Shown: positions 45,751 through 55,932, counted from the first letter of the stretch. The stretch is 64,000 bases of DNA from an uncultured Ignavibacterium sp. (GCA_937125135.1 CAKZLD010000146.1:1799-65798); one strand, 5' to 3'. The notes: generated from the letters alone by a model not told the origin. Numbers and translations are program-made.

Positions 45751-46128
45751 TTGAAATCAAAAACTAATGGAATAATTATGGACGATGTTACAATTATTAG
45801 CAATGGTGTTTCTATCGAAGGAAAAATTTCTAGCAAAGGCAACATAAGAATAGATGGAAACATTAAAGGCGATATCACTGCACAAGGAAACATTACAATA
45901 GGCGAAAGCGGATATGTTCAGGGAAATATTAATGGACAGAATATTAATATCGGCGGGAAAGTCGACGGTACGGCAACTGCAAAAGAGAAAATTACTCTTG
46001 AATCAAAATCGATTCTTAATGGGGATTTGATAACAAGAATTCTTGTAATAGAATCCGGGGCAATATTTGATGGGAAAAGTTCAATGACAAATTCTAATGA
46101 AAATTTGTTCAAAGATTCAACTAAATGA
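45751..46128 (+). CDS. Bactofilin (polymer-forming cytoskeletal protein)
   Basis: Repetitive beta-helix pattern ISNGVSIEGKISSKGNIRIDGNIKGDITAQGNITIGESGYVQGNINGQNINIGGKVDG... The TTG start is supported by GGAGG 6 nt upstream. Confidence 0.75.
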   Translation: MKSKTNGIIMDDVTIISNGVSIEGKISSKGNIRIDGNIKGDITAQGNITIGESGYVQGNINGQNINIGGKVDGTATAKEKITLESKSILNGDLITRILVIESGAIFDGKSSMTNSNENLFKDSTK

Positions 46129-46382
46129 ATGGTGATAAAAGTCCCTTAAATGATTTGAACCAAACCTTCAAAGAAGTTGGACCTTACCTTGGGATTGGGG
46201 TTCAACTTGCAGCAACTATCATTTTAATGGTAATTTTAGGGCAATGGCTCGATCAGAAATTTGAGAAAAACTACTTATTTACAATAATTTTTGCAGTTGT
46301 AGGAGTAGCATCCGGAATGTACAATCTTATACGAACTTTGAGTTTTCTGGAAAAAAGGAAAAGACGTATTGATAATGAGTAA
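46125..46382 (+). CDS. AtpZ/AtpI-family small membrane protein
   Basis: GPYLGIGVQLAATIILMVILGQWLDQKF plus a second TM helix, located at the head of the atp operon. The start overlaps the bactofilin stop as ATGA. Confidence 0.65.
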   Translation: MNGDKSPLNDLNQTFKEVGPYLGIGVQLAATIILMVILGQWLDQKFEKNYLFTIIFAVVGVASGMYNLIRTLSFLEKRKRRIDNE

Positions 46383-46770
46383 TAAAGTTTTCATTAAATT
46401 TTCCGCATTTTACTTTATTTTTTTAATCTTTCTAATATTTCTAATTCTTCTTTTTCTTAATTTTATAAATTTAAGAAGCTTCTCCTCTTTTGTTTACTCC
46501 ATCATTATTGCTTTCACAAACTTTTTGATCGGTTATTTCTCAATAAATTACGGAATAAACAAGAAGGATAAATCGTTTCTTTTAATTGTATTTGGGGCGA
46601 TAATTATCCGCTTTTTCATCGTATTTTTTATGATAATAGGCGTACTGTCTTTTTTGGATGTTAGGACTGATTATTTTATTTTTACAACCTTTATATTATA
46701 TTTTTATTACTTAGTGGTTGAAATTTTATACCTAAAAAACCTTAAAAATGTTGAAAAAATAAAGGAATAA
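46375..46770 (+). CDS. Small polytopic membrane protein in the ATP synthase subunit I position
   Basis: About four hydrophobic helices, placed between atpZ and atpB, with overlapping starts and stops on both sides. Assignment is by position only. Confidence 0.45.
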   Translation: MSNKVFIKFSAFYFIFLIFLIFLILLFLNFINLRSFSSFVYSIIIAFTNFLIGYFSINYGINKKDKSFLLIVFGAIIIRFFIVFFMIIGVLSFLDVRTDYFIFTTFILYFYYLVVEILYLKNLKNVEKIKE

Positions 46771-47612
46771 TGGATTCTTTAGCTGTTAATCAGGTAGTAG
46801 TGGATACAATTCACACGAGTCATTCTGAAAATGACAGTGGTTGGATTTTACATCATGTAATGGATGGAAATTATCTGGATTTTAGTCCGTTTTTTAAGGT
46901 TTATTTGCCACAGATTGAGCTATTTGGAATAGATATATCTATAACAAGACACGTAATTTTTATGTGGTTAGCTGCATTGTTGATGTTTATCATTTTTACA
47001 TCAGTAGCAAAATCATATAAAAAATCTCTTGCTCCGAAAGGCAGCAGTAATTTCTGGGAAGTTTTTATTCTATTTGTGAGAGACGAAATTGCTAAACCAA
47101 CTATTGGCAAAGGATATGAAACATTTCTGCCTTATTTATTAACGGCGTTTTTCTTTATACTTTTTGGAAACTTTTTGGGTTTGATTCCTTTTTCAGCTAC
47201 ATTCACAAGTAATATTGCAGTTACTGCTACTTTGGCAACTCTTTCGTTTTTGGTTATTCAATTCGGAGGGATTAAAAACAATGGATTGATTGGTTACTTC
47301 AAAGGGCTAGTGCCTCACGGAGTACCAATATTTTTATTACCAATAATGGCTGTAGTTGAGTTATTAGGATTATTTACAAAACCGTTTGCTTTGGCGATAC
47401 GTCTTTTTGCAAATATGACGGCTGGTCATATAGTGATTTATGCTCTCATAAGTTTGATTTTTGTGATGAAAAGTTATTTAATTTCACCAGTTTCTGTTGG
47501 TATGGCTTTATTTATTTATGGTTTGGAAGTGTTGGTAGCTTTATTACAAGCTTACATTTTTACAATGCTTTCTTCTTTGTTTATTGGGATGGCAGTTCAT
47601 CAAGATCATTAA
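46770..47612 (+). CDS. atpB: F0F1 ATP synthase subunit a
   Basis: LAIRLFANMTAGH (essential Arg motif). Polytopic, 280 aa. Confidence 0.9.
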   Translation: MDSLAVNQVVVDTIHTSHSENDSGWILHHVMDGNYLDFSPFFKVYLPQIELFGIDISITRHVIFMWLAALLMFIIFTSVAKSYKKSLAPKGSSNFWEVFILFVRDEIAKPTIGKGYETFLPYLLTAFFFILFGNFLGLIPFSATFTSNIAVTATLATLSFLVIQFGGIKNNGLIGYFKGLVPHGVPIFLLPIMAVVELLGLFTKPFALAIRLFANMTAGHIVIYALISLIFVMKSYLISPVSVGMALFIYGLEVLVALLQAYIFTMLSSLFIGMAVHQDH

Positions 47613-47643
47613 TAAAATAAATAATAATTTAAGGAGGTATTTA

Positions 47644-47862
47644 ATGGATTATGCATATTTAGCAGCAGGTTTGGGTGCAGGTTTAACAATTCTCGGCGGT
47701 GCTTTTGGAATTGGTAAATTAGCTGCATCAGCAATGGAAGCAAGTGGTCGTCAACCAGAAGCAGCAGGAGCAATAAGAACTTCTATGATTATTGCTGCAG
47801 CTTTGATCGAGGGAATCTCTTTGTTCTCATTGGTAATCTGTTTTATTCTTGCAAGTAAATAA
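47644..47862 (+). CDS. atpE: F0F1 ATP synthase subunit c
   Basis: A two-helix hairpin, GLGAGLTILGGAFGIG...AAALIEGISLFSLV, with the ion-binding Glu. ATG 47644 is preceded by AAGGAGG; the track start 47584 is an overextension. Confidence 0.9.
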   Translation: MDYAYLAAGLGAGLTILGGAFGIGKLAASAMEASGRQPEAAGAIRTSMIIAAALIEGISLFSLVICFILASK

Positions 47863-47878
47863 ATCTTAATTCTAAATT

Positions 47879-48427
47879 ATGATTGCAGAAATTTATTTTG
47901 CTTTGATTTCTGTCCTTGCAGCAGGTGGTGGGGGTGGAGGATTGCTTTCTGTTGACCAAGGCTTAGCTTTCTGGACAACACTTACTTTCTTACTACTTCT
48001 TTTCTTATTAAGAAAATTTGCTTGGAAACCAATTCTCACTGCATTAAAGCAAAGAGAATTAGCAATTAAAGAATCACTTGAACAAGCAGAAAAAGCAAAA
48101 GAAGAAGCCAAGAAGATTCTCTCGCAAAATGAAGCTAATCTTGCTAAAGCTGAAGAGGAATCTAAAAAGATTATCGAACAGAGCCGTTTATATGCTGAAA
48201 ATTTGAAACAGCAAATTCTCAGTGAAAGTAAATCTCAAGCTAAGAAGTTATTAGATGATGCTTCATTAGAGATTGAAAGAAAAAAAATAGCAGCTCTTGA
48301 TGAGTTAAAGATACAGATTGCTCAGATTGCAGTTGATGCCGCTTCAAAAATTTTAAGAGAAAATTTGGATTCAGAAAAAAATAAAAATCTCGTACAGAAT
48401 TACATTAAAGAAATATCTAAAAACTAA
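47879..48427 (+). CDS. atpF: F0F1 ATP synthase subunit b
   Basis: GLAFWTTLTFLLLLFLLRKFAWKPI is followed by a long charged coiled coil. The N-terminal 21 aa, including GGGGGG, may not be translated (alternative TTG at 47942). Confidence 0.8.
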   Translation: MIAEIYFALISVLAAGGGGGGLLSVDQGLAFWTTLTFLLLLFLLRKFAWKPILTALKQRELAIKESLEQAEKAKEEAKKILSQNEANLAKAEEESKKIIEQSRLYAENLKQQILSESKSQAKKLLDDASLEIERKKIAALDELKIQIAQIAVDAASKILRENLDSEKNKNLVQNYIKEISKN

Positions 48428-48429
48428 GT

Positions 48430-48984
48430 ATGAGTATTTCAAAAGTAGCAAATAGATACGCTGATTCGTTCCTTGCAAATGCGATTGAAAAAGGAATTTT
48501 AGATGAAATTACAAATGATGTAAACTTTATTCTTAATGTAATTAATTCGAGCGATGAACTTCAAAGATTTCTTGCAAGCCCTATAATTAAAACTGAGCTG
48601 AAAAAATCGATCCTTAGAGAAATTTTTGCTGATAACACATCTGCTCACACTTTAAAGTTTTTAGAATTTGTTGTAGATAAAAAGCGAGAGGATATTTTAA
48701 TTCAGATTTTCGAAAAATTCATCGAGTTAAAAGATGATTATTTAGGAATAGTTAGATTAGATATTAAATCTGCTTTCCCTTTGTCAGAAGATTTGAAAGA
48801 AATTCTTTTGAAAAAATTCGAATCAATATTTAACAAAAAAATTGAAGCTGTGTTTAGTCAGGAAGATAATCTCATCGGTGGATTTTTAGTAAAGTATAGA
48901 GACACTGTTTATGATGCTTCAATTAAACATCAATTAGAAAAGTTAAAACAAAATTTAATTAGTGGAAGTCTATCACTTAACTAA
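48430..48984 (+). CDS. atpH: F0F1 ATP synthase subunit delta
   Basis: OSCP-like 184-aa protein (VANRYADSF..., GGFLVKYRDTVYDASIK) in the conserved position. Confidence 0.82.
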   Translation: MSISKVANRYADSFLANAIEKGILDEITNDVNFILNVINSSDELQRFLASPIIKTELKKSILREIFADNTSAHTLKFLEFVVDKKREDILIQIFEKFIELKDDYLGIVRLDIKSAFPLSEDLKEILLKKFESIFNKKIEAVFSQEDNLIGGFLVKYRDTVYDASIKHQLEKLKQNLISGSLSLN

Positions 48985-49005
48985 TTTTTTAAGAAGGAAA
49001 TAATT

Positions 49006-50553
49006 ATGCCTGAAGTTAGACCAGATGAAATAACTGAAATATTACGTCGTCAATTATCCGGATTCGAAAGTGAAGTTGATATTTACGATGTCGGAACCGT
49101 TCTGCAGGTTGGTGATGGAATAGCTCGCGTTTATGGACTTTCGAAAGTAATGGCGAGTGAACTTGTTGAATTTCCTAACGACGTTTTTGGAATGGTACTC
49201 AATCTCGAGGAGGATAGTGTCGGTTGTGTGTTATTTGGTGATTCTACTCTTATTAAAGAGGGTGATGTTGTAAAAAGAACAAACAGAGTTGCTTCTCTTC
49301 CTGTTGGCGATAATATGTTGGGAAGAGTTATAACTCCTTTGGGAGTTCCTATTGACGGAAAAGGTCCGATTAAAACAGATCAGTTTTTGCCAATTGAAAG
49401 AAAAGCATTAGGAGTTATTCAACGACAACCAGTTAAAGAGCCACTTCAAACTGGTATCGCTGCTATAGATGCTATGATTCCAATCGGACGTGGACAAAGA
49501 GAGTTGATAATTGGTGATAGACAAACCGGTAAAACTGCTGTTGCAATTGATACAATCATTAATCAGAAATATACTCATACTGAAGAAGCTAAGGCTTTAG
49601 GGATTAAACCGGTATATTGTGTTTATGTTGCAATCGGTCAAAAAGAATCTACAGTTGCTCAGGTAGTCGCCAAATTAGAAGAATATGGTGCAATGCCTTA
49701 CACAACAATAATTTCTGCATCTGCTTCAGATCCGGCTCCTCTTCAATTTATTGCTCCATATGCAGGTGCTACGCTGGGCGAATATTTCAGAGATTCAGGT
49801 AGACACGCACTTTGTATTTATGATGATTTATCAAAACAAGCGCAAGCTTACAGAGAACTTTCATTATTATTGCGCAGACCTCCTGGTCGTGAAGCTTATC
49901 CTGGTGATGTTTTTTATTTACATTCAAGATTACTTGAGAGAGCATCAAAATTAAGTGAGGATTTGGGTGGAGGAAGTTTAACAGCATTACCTGTTATTGA
50001 GACTCAACAAGGAGACGTTTCCGCTTACATACCTACTAACGTTATATCAATTACTGATGGTCAGATTTATCTTGAATCGAATTTATTTAACGCAGGTGTA
50101 AGACCAGCTATTAACGTAGGTATATCAGTTTCCCGTGTTGGTGGTAACGCACAAATCAAAGCAATGAAAAAAGTTGCAGGCTCATTGAAACTTGATCTTG
50201 CACAATATCGTGAATTGGAAGCTTTCGCTAAGTTTGGTTCTGATTTAGATAAAGCAACTCAGAGAACTCTTGCTAAAGGTGCTCGTTTAGTTGAACTATT
50301 GAAACAAGGTCAGTATTCACCTATCCCTGTTGAAAAACAAGTTGTCAGCATATTTTTAGGAACTAATGGATATCTTGATTCAATTGCAGTTTATGATGTG
50401 AAAAGATTTGAAAAAGAAATTTTAGAATTCATAGAGATGAAGTACAATCAAATATTCCAAATTATAAAAAAGGAAAAAGATTTAAGTTCAGAAACAATTG
50501 AATTGATTAAAAAAGCTGCTGAAGAGTTTCTGTCTATGTTTAAAAAATCATAA
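49006..50553 (+). CDS. atpA: F0F1 ATP synthase subunit alpha
   Basis: GDRQTGKTA (P-loop), [41 protein letters not shown]. Confidence 0.97.
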   Translation: MPEVRPDEITEILRRQLSGFESEVDIYDVGTVLQVGDGIARVYGLSKVMASELVEFPNDVFGMVLNLEEDSVGCVLFGDSTLIKEGDVVKRTNRVASLPVGDNMLGRVITPLGVPIDGKGPIKTDQFLPIERKALGVIQRQPVKEPLQTGIAAIDAMIPIGRGQRELIIGDRQTGKTAVAIDTIINQKYTHTEEAKALGIKPVYCVYVAIGQKESTVAQVVAKLEEYGAMPYTTIISASASDPAPLQFIAPYAGATLGEYFRDSGRHALCIYDDLSKQAQAYRELSLLLRRPPGREAYPGDVFYLHSRLLERASKLSEDLGGGSLTALPVIETQQGDVSAYIPTNVISITDGQIYLESNLFNAGVRPAINVGISVSRVGGNAQIKAMKKVAGSLKLDLAQYRELEAFAKFGSDLDKATQRTLAKGARLVELLKQGQYSPIPVEKQVVSIFLGTNGYLDSIAVYDVKRFEKEILEFIEMKYNQIFQIIKKEKDLSSETIELIKKAAEEFLSMFKKS

Positions 50554-50561
50554 AATTTAGA

Positions 50562-51440
50562 ATGGCAACACTTAGAGACATAAAACAAAGAATAAAAGGA
50601 GTTAAAAGCACTCAGCAAATTACTAAAGCAATGAAAATGGTTGCTGCGGCAAAGTTGCGTCGTTCTCAGGATGCTATCATCAATGCAAGACCGTATGCAA
50701 GAAAAATTCAAAATCTGCTTTCTGATTTGATTAGTGATGATGATATCAATTCCAATCCTTTGTTTTTTCAAAGACAAGTTAAAAGTGTTGCAATAATTGT
50801 TGTTACTGCAGATAGAGGTCTTTGTGGTGCTTTTAATACTAATATAATTCGTGAAGCAAACAGATTCATCGAAGAAGAAATAATTCCAGAGAAACTCTCC
50901 TATTCTTTATTTTGTGTCGGGAAAAAAGGTAAAGATTATTTTTCAAAGAGAAATTTCCCGGTATCGGATTCTTTTGTTGGTATTTTCTCTTCACTTGATT
51001 ATTCATTTGCGCAAAGACTTTCTGATAGATTGATTAATGGATTTTTAAATGGCGAGTTCGATAAAGTAGTTGTTATTTTTAATGAGTTTAAATCAATTAT
51101 TCAGCAAAAAATAGTTGTTGAACAATATCTTCCGATACTCGTTAAAACATCTTCTGAAAAATCTACGAATAATGAAACCAATTACATTTATGAACCAAAT
51201 AGAAAATCCATATTTGATTTTCTTGTTCCAAAAAATCTTAAAGCACAGATGTGGAGATTTCTTTTGGAATCTAACGCAGCTGAGTTCGCAGCAAGAATGA
51301 CAGCAATGGATAATGCTACCACTAATGCCAAAGAATTGATCAGAACTTTAAATCTAAAATATAATAAGGAAAGACAAGCCTCAATTACGAAGGAAATCCT
51401 CGAAATTGTTTCAGGTGCGAATGCTCTGAAATCAAGTTAA
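50562..51440 (+). CDS. atpG: F0F1 ATP synthase subunit gamma
   Basis: MATLRDIKQRIKGVKSTQQITKAMKMVAAAKLRR and C-terminal ITKEILEIVSGA. Confidence 0.93.
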   Translation: MATLRDIKQRIKGVKSTQQITKAMKMVAAAKLRRSQDAIINARPYARKIQNLLSDLISDDDINSNPLFFQRQVKSVAIIVVTADRGLCGAFNTNIIREANRFIEEEIIPEKLSYSLFCVGKKGKDYFSKRNFPVSDSFVGIFSSLDYSFAQRLSDRLINGFLNGEFDKVVVIFNEFKSIIQQKIVVEQYLPILVKTSSEKSTNNETNYIYEPNRKSIFDFLVPKNLKAQMWRFLLESNAAEFAARMTAMDNATTNAKELIRTLNLKYNKERQASITKEILEIVSGANALKSS

Positions 51441-51474
51441 GGATATTTGCTCTGTATTTTAAGGAATTGATGAT

Positions 51475-52800
51475 ATGTTTGAAGAATTATCTCTAAAATT
51501 AGAATCGGCTCTCAAAAAAATTACCGGTCAAGGCCGGCTTACCGAAAATAATATCTCCGATACTTTAAGAGAAATAAGAAGAATTCTTCTTGATGCTGAC
51601 GTCAATTATCTTGTTGCCAAAGATTTCATTGAAAAAGTAAAAATTAAATCTCTTGGTAAAGAAGTTCTCTCATCAATTTCACCAGGTCAGTTAATTACTA
51701 AAATTATTTATGATGAATTAGTTGATTTACTTGGTGGCGGTCACAGAGAAATTACTATCAATCCTACTGGTATAACCACAATAATGATAGTTGGTCTGCA
51801 AGGCTCTGGTAAAACTACTTTTTGTGGTAAACTTGCTTTACGTTTAAAAAATTTCAAAAGAAAAGTTCTTCTTGTTGCCGCAGATATTTATAGACCAGCA
51901 GCTATTCAACAATTGAAAATACTGGGTGGTCAAATTGGTGTGGAAGTTTTTTCAAGCGATATTAAGGATGCAGTAAAAATTTCAGAAAATGCTTTAAGTT
52001 ATGCTAAAGAGCATAATTATGATACTATTATTTTTGATACTGCGGGAAGATTACACGTTGATGAAGAAATGATGAATGAAGTAGCTGAAATAAAAAAAAT
52101 TGTTAATCCTACAGAAACTCTTTTCGTTGTTGATTCAATGACTGGTCAGGATGCAGTGAATTCTGCTAAAGCATTTAATGAAAAAGTAAATTTTGATGGA
52201 GTCGTTCTTACTAAACTTGATGGTGATGCAAGAGGTGGTGCATCAATATCTGTTCGTTCAGTAGTTGGTAAACCAATAAAGTTTATTAGTAACGGTGAAA
52301 AATTAGAAAATATTGATATTTTTTATCCTGAAAGACTAGCTTCAAGAATTTTAGGTAAAGGAGATATAATCTCATTAGTTGAAAAAGCTCAAGAAAACAT
52401 TGATGAACTTGAAGCAAAAAGATTGGAAGAGAAATTAAAGAAGAATAAATTTGATTTCGAAGATTTTCTTAAACAAATAAAAATGATAAAAAAAATGGGT
52501 TCTCTTTCCTCTCTTTTGGGAATGATACCCGGAATTGGTGCTCAGATAAAAAATGCCAACATTGATGAAAAGGCTTTAGTCAAAGTAGAAGCAATTATTA
52601 ATTCAATGACAAAAGAAGAAAGAGCTAATCCTAAGATTCTTAATGGCAGCAGAAGAAAAAGAATTGCACGTGGAAGCGGTACAACTATTCAGGATGTAAA
52701 CAGATTGATTAAACAATTTTCTGAAATGCAGAAAATGGTGATGACACTAAACAGAAAGGGTTTCTTCAATCAACAGAATAAAAATTTTAAATTTCATTGA
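51475..52800 (+). CDS. ffh: Signal recognition particle protein Ffh
   Basis: GLQGSGKTTF, DTAGRL, TKLDGDARGG and a Met-rich M domain. Confidence 0.95.
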   Translation: MFEELSLKLESALKKITGQGRLTENNISDTLREIRRILLDADVNYLVAKDFIEKVKIKSLGKEVLSSISPGQLITKIIYDELVDLLGGGHREITINPTGITTIMIVGLQGSGKTTFCGKLALRLKNFKRKVLLVAADIYRPAAIQQLKILGGQIGVEVFSSDIKDAVKISENALSYAKEHNYDTIIFDTAGRLHVDEEMMNEVAEIKKIVNPTETLFVVDSMTGQDAVNSAKAFNEKVNFDGVVLTKLDGDARGGASISVRSVVGKPIKFISNGEKLENIDIFYPERLASRILGKGDIISLVEKAQENIDELEAKRLEEKLKKNKFDFEDFLKQIKMIKKMGSLSSLLGMIPGIGAQIKNANIDEKALVKVEAIINSMTKEERANPKILNGSRRKRIARGSGTTIQDVNRLIKQFSEMQKMVMTLNRKGFFNQQNKNFKFH

Positions 52801-52826
52801 AAACGTTATAAATTCGGAGGTAAATA

Positions 52827-53213
52827 TTGGCAATTAAAATAAGATTACGAAGAATGGGAAAGAAAAAGCAGCCAATTTATAAAATTGTGGTTGCTGACGC
52901 CCGTTCTCCAAGAGATGGAAAATTTATCGAAGCTGTTGGATTTTATAATCCATTAGTTAATCCTCATTTAACTCAGGTAAATGAAGAGAAGATAAATCTT
53001 TGGTTGAACAGAGGCGCAATTCCAACTTTAACTGTTAAAAGTATTCTTAGTCAGCACGGTATTTTGTTGAAAAGACATCTTGAGAGAAAGAAATTTTCTG
53101 AAGAAAGAATACAAGCTGAAATAGCAAATTGGCAGAAGATTAGAGAAGCTAAGTTATCTCAGCCAAAAGCAAAGAAGAAAAAGAAGAAATCAAAAGCTGA
53201 AGGAAATAACTAA
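52827..53213 (+). CDS. rpsP: 30S ribosomal protein S16
   Basis: AIKIRLRRMGKKKQPIYKIVVADARSPRDGKFIE. TTG start with GGAGG upstream. Lys-rich C-terminal extension. Confidence 0.92.
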   Translation: MAIKIRLRRMGKKKQPIYKIVVADARSPRDGKFIEAVGFYNPLVNPHLTQVNEEKINLWLNRGAIPTLTVKSILSQHGILLKRHLERKKFSEERIQAEIANWQKIREAKLSQPKAKKKKKKSKAEGNN

Positions 53214-53346
53214 TTTCCCGATAATAATTTTTCTTAAGTACAGCAGAGGTATGGGTCGCTGCTTCTGTTTTACTATTGAAAAAATTCTTCAGTAGTATTG
53301 TACATAATTACTAAAGCACCCGGATAAATGATAGGAGGCAACTGCT

Positions 53347-53580
53347 ATGAAAGAATTTGTTGAGTACATTGCCAAACATCTGGTTGATCATCCGGATGGT
53401 GTTGTTGTTGAAGAAAAAGCTGTTGAGGAGAAGAAACTTGTTCTTTCTCTGAAAGTCAAGTCCGAAGACATTGGCAAAGTGATCGGGAAACAAGGAAAAA
53501 CCGCTCAATCAATTCGTACTTTGTTGACTGCTGTTGCAGCTAAAGAAGGTAAACGAGCTATCCTGAAAATTCAAGAATAA
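53347..53580 (+). CDS. KH domain RNA-binding protein (YlqC/UPF0109-like)
   Basis: A 77-aa protein with the KH motif GKVIGKQGKTAQSIRTLL, in the conserved rpsP-KH-rimM position. Confidence 0.8.
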   Translation: MKEFVEYIAKHLVDHPDGVVVEEKAVEEKKLVLSLKVKSEDIGKVIGKQGKTAQSIRTLLTAVAAKEGKRAILKIQE

Positions 53581-53584
53581 TATC

Positions 53585-54097
53585 TTGAATGATTTTGTTA
53601 CTATTGCTGTCGTAACTTCAATTTCGCGTAAAGACGGATTTTTGAAGTTAAAAATCTTTTATGAAGATGTACAGCAGATATTGAAACAGGATTATGTTTT
53701 TTTTGATTTCTTCGGTAACATAAGAAAAATTTTTATTGATGAAGTTATTTCGCGTAGTGGGAGTTATTTCATAAAATTTAAAAATTTTTCTGAAGAACGT
53801 GAATTAAAGATTTTTCTGAATAAGGAAGTTTTAATTCCTAAAAATAAGATTGTGCTTGATAAAGGGACTTATTTTATTTCTGATTTAATTGGTTCTGAAG
53901 TTTATTATAAAAAAAAATATATCGGCAAAGTTGAAAACGTTTTAGATGTACCGATGAATTACGTTCTTGAAATCATTCAAAAGAATAATAAAACATTAAT
54001 GATTCCTTTTGTTCTTAAATTTTTTGAAAGTATTAAGCCTGAAAAAAAAGTAATTTATCTCAGCAGGGAAAGTAAATTTTTATATGATGAGAATTGA
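53585..54097 (+). CDS. rimM: Ribosome maturation factor RimM
   Basis: A 170-aa protein in the conserved position between the KH gene and trmD. It has a PRC-barrel-like C-terminus (DLIGSEVY...[17 protein letters not shown]). TTG start. Confidence 0.72.
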   Translation: MNDFVTIAVVTSISRKDGFLKLKIFYEDVQQILKQDYVFFDFFGNIRKIFIDEVISRSGSYFIKFKNFSEERELKIFLNKEVLIPKNKIVLDKGTYFISDLIGSEVYYKKKYIGKVENVLDVPMNYVLEIIQKNNKTLMIPFVLKFFESIKPEKKVIYLSRESKFLYDEN

Positions 54098-54770
54098 TGT
54101 TATTTCTGCTGTTCCTGATTTACTTGTAAGTCCATTGAATTCAAGTATTCTGAAAAGAGCACAGGACAAAAAGAAAGTTGAGATAAAAATTCATAATCTT
54201 CGTGACTATGCTTATAATAAGCATAAACAGATTGATGATAAACCCTTCGGTGGTGGTCCCGGTATGGTTCTCAAACCGGAACCATTTTTTGAGTGCATTG
54301 AAAAATTAAAACAGGAAAGAAATTATACTCGAATAATTTTTACTTCACCGAAAGGAAAAATCTTCAATCAAAAATATGCGAATGAATTATCTCTTGAGAA
54401 GAATCTGATAATTGTCGCTGGTCATTATAAGGAGATTGATGACAGAGTTAGAGAATACTTTGCAACTGATGAAATCTCAATCGGAAATTTTGTATTAACT
54501 GGTGGTGAGCTTCCTGCTTTAATGATCATAGATGCAGTTGTTAGACTAATACCGGGTGTTCTTAATGATTCAGAAGCAGCACTCAATGATTCTTTTCAAG
54601 ATGGTGAAATTTTGGAAGCACCTTATTACACAAGACCTGCAGAATATCGTGGAATGAAGGTTCCTGAAATTTTGCTCTCGGGTAACGAAAAGGAAATAAA
54701 AAAATGGAAGGAGCAGCAGTCGGCTTTGTTAACTGAAAGATGGAAAAAAATAAATAATATGGAGAAATAA
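54084..54770 (+). CDS. trmD: tRNA (guanine37-N1)-methyltransferase
   Basis: [62 protein letters not shown]. Confidence 0.93.
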   Translation: MMRIDVISAVPDLLVSPLNSSILKRAQDKKKVEIKIHNLRDYAYNKHKQIDDKPFGGGPGMVLKPEPFFECIEKLKQERNYTRIIFTSPKGKIFNQKYANELSLEKNLIIVAGHYKEIDDRVREYFATDEISIGNFVLTGGELPALMIIDAVVRLIPGVLNDSEAALNDSFQDGEILEAPYYTRPAEYRGMKVPEILLSGNEKEIKKWKEQQSALLTERWKKINNMEK

Positions 54771-54772
54771 AA

Positions 54773-55117
54773 ATGATTGATTTAAATAACATTCAAAAAG
54801 ATCAGTTAAGAACTGATTTGCCAAATTTTAATGTAGGTGACAGAATAAAAGTTCACGTCAGAGTTATTGAAGGTGAAAAAGAAAGAATTCAACCTTTTGA
54901 AGGTGATGTTATCAGCATCAGAGGTGCAGGATTAAATAAAACTTTTACTGTCAGAAAAATTGCAAGTGGTGTCGGAGTTGAAAGAATATTTCCTTACAAT
55001 TCCCCAAAGATTGCAAAAATTGAAATCGTAAAAGAAGGAAGTGTCAGAAGAGCTAAGCTTTATTATCTCAGAAAGCTATCTGGTAAAGCTGCAAAAATTA
55101 AAAGCAAAAAGCCTTAA
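54773..55117 (+). CDS. rplS: 50S ribosomal protein L19
   Basis: [33 protein letters not shown]...[17 protein letters not shown]. Confidence 0.95.
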   Translation: MIDLNNIQKDQLRTDLPNFNVGDRIKVHVRVIEGEKERIQPFEGDVISIRGAGLNKTFTVRKIASGVGVERIFPYNSPKIAKIEIVKEGSVRRAKLYYLRKLSGKAAKIKSKKP

Positions 55118-55134
55118 TATTTTTTTACAATCAG

Positions 55135-55893
55135 ATGCCAGATTTTTATTTGCCAGAGAATGTTTTTACCAAGCTTTTTTTAAGTGAAATTTCTGATATA
55201 TCTGATTTCAGTAAGAATTTTCTGCCTTCTGCAGTAATATCTAAAAATCTTTTAACTAATTATAATTCTCTTGGAATAATTCCGACTTTGGATTTGATAC
55301 ATCATCCTGAATTTTATATCTCATCCAAAATCGGAATTTCTTTTAATGCCTTACTATCAAATGCTTATCTACATTTCAAAGAGAATCAGCATACCATTGA
55401 GAAGCTATACCTAAAAGGTGATGTTTCCTCAAATGAAGTCATATTAAGTAAAATTCTCTTGAAGGAATTATATGATATTGACCTGACACCAAAACTTGCC
55501 ACACCAGATTTTTCTATTCAGGATGAGCACGCATTGATTGTTGGTGACGATAACTTCATAGACGAATTATTTCTCGAAGGGCTTAGCTTCTCAGAGGAAA
55601 TTATTGAACTGATTGATGCTCCGTATGTTAATTTTGTTTTAGCTTCTCAAAATGAAGATATTCTAAAGCATTTCACTGAAAAGCATAGAGATAATTTTAT
55701 CAATGGTCATCCAGAGTCTGATGATAAAATTTTTTCAGACTTCAGCAAAAATTCATTTGACTTTATTCTGGTTAATTTGCAACACGTGATTTTTAATTTT
55801 GAAGATCAAGATCTGGAGGGGATTAAAACACTTCTCCAACTACCATTTTATTATGGTCTCATAAAAAATATGATTGATTTAAAGTTCGTATGA
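55135..55893 (+). CDS. Hypothetical protein; possibly a divergent MqnA/MqnD-like (DUF178) fold
   Basis: By eye only, LGIIPTLDLI...ISSKIGISFNALLSNAYL..., SSNEVILSKILLKELY, HALIVGDDNF and DAPYVNFVLAS resemble the spacing of conserved blocks in futalosine-pathway MqnA-type proteins. Many canonical residues are not obvious. Confidence 0.3.
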   Translation: MPDFYLPENVFTKLFLSEISDISDFSKNFLPSAVISKNLLTNYNSLGIIPTLDLIHHPEFYISSKIGISFNALLSNAYLHFKENQHTIEKLYLKGDVSSNEVILSKILLKELYDIDLTPKLATPDFSIQDEHALIVGDDNFIDELFLEGLSFSEEIIELIDAPYVNFVLASQNEDILKHFTEKHRDNFINGHPESDDKIFSDFSKNSFDFILVNLQHVIFNFEDQDLEGIKTLLQLPFYYGLIKNMIDLKFV

Positions 55894-55902
55894 ACATAAA
55901 AA

Positions 55903-55932
55903 AACCTGAACTGATTTTACTCAATTCAGGTT
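55903..55932. terminator. Hairpin between convergent genes (hypothetical 55135..55893 and serA)
   Basis: aacctgaa-(14-nt loop)-ttcaggtt followed by ttcttc, with an A-run upstream so it could act in both directions. The large loop lowers confidence. Confidence 0.45.

Noticed and set aside
53214-53346. An unusually long (133 nt) rpsP-KH spacer with a weak hairpin (agcag...ctgct) followed by tctgtttt. I considered an attenuator, terminator or small RNA.
   Set aside because: The stem is only 4-5 bp with bulges and a 12-nt loop. I recognise no conserved RNA motif, so there is not enough evidence to annotate it.
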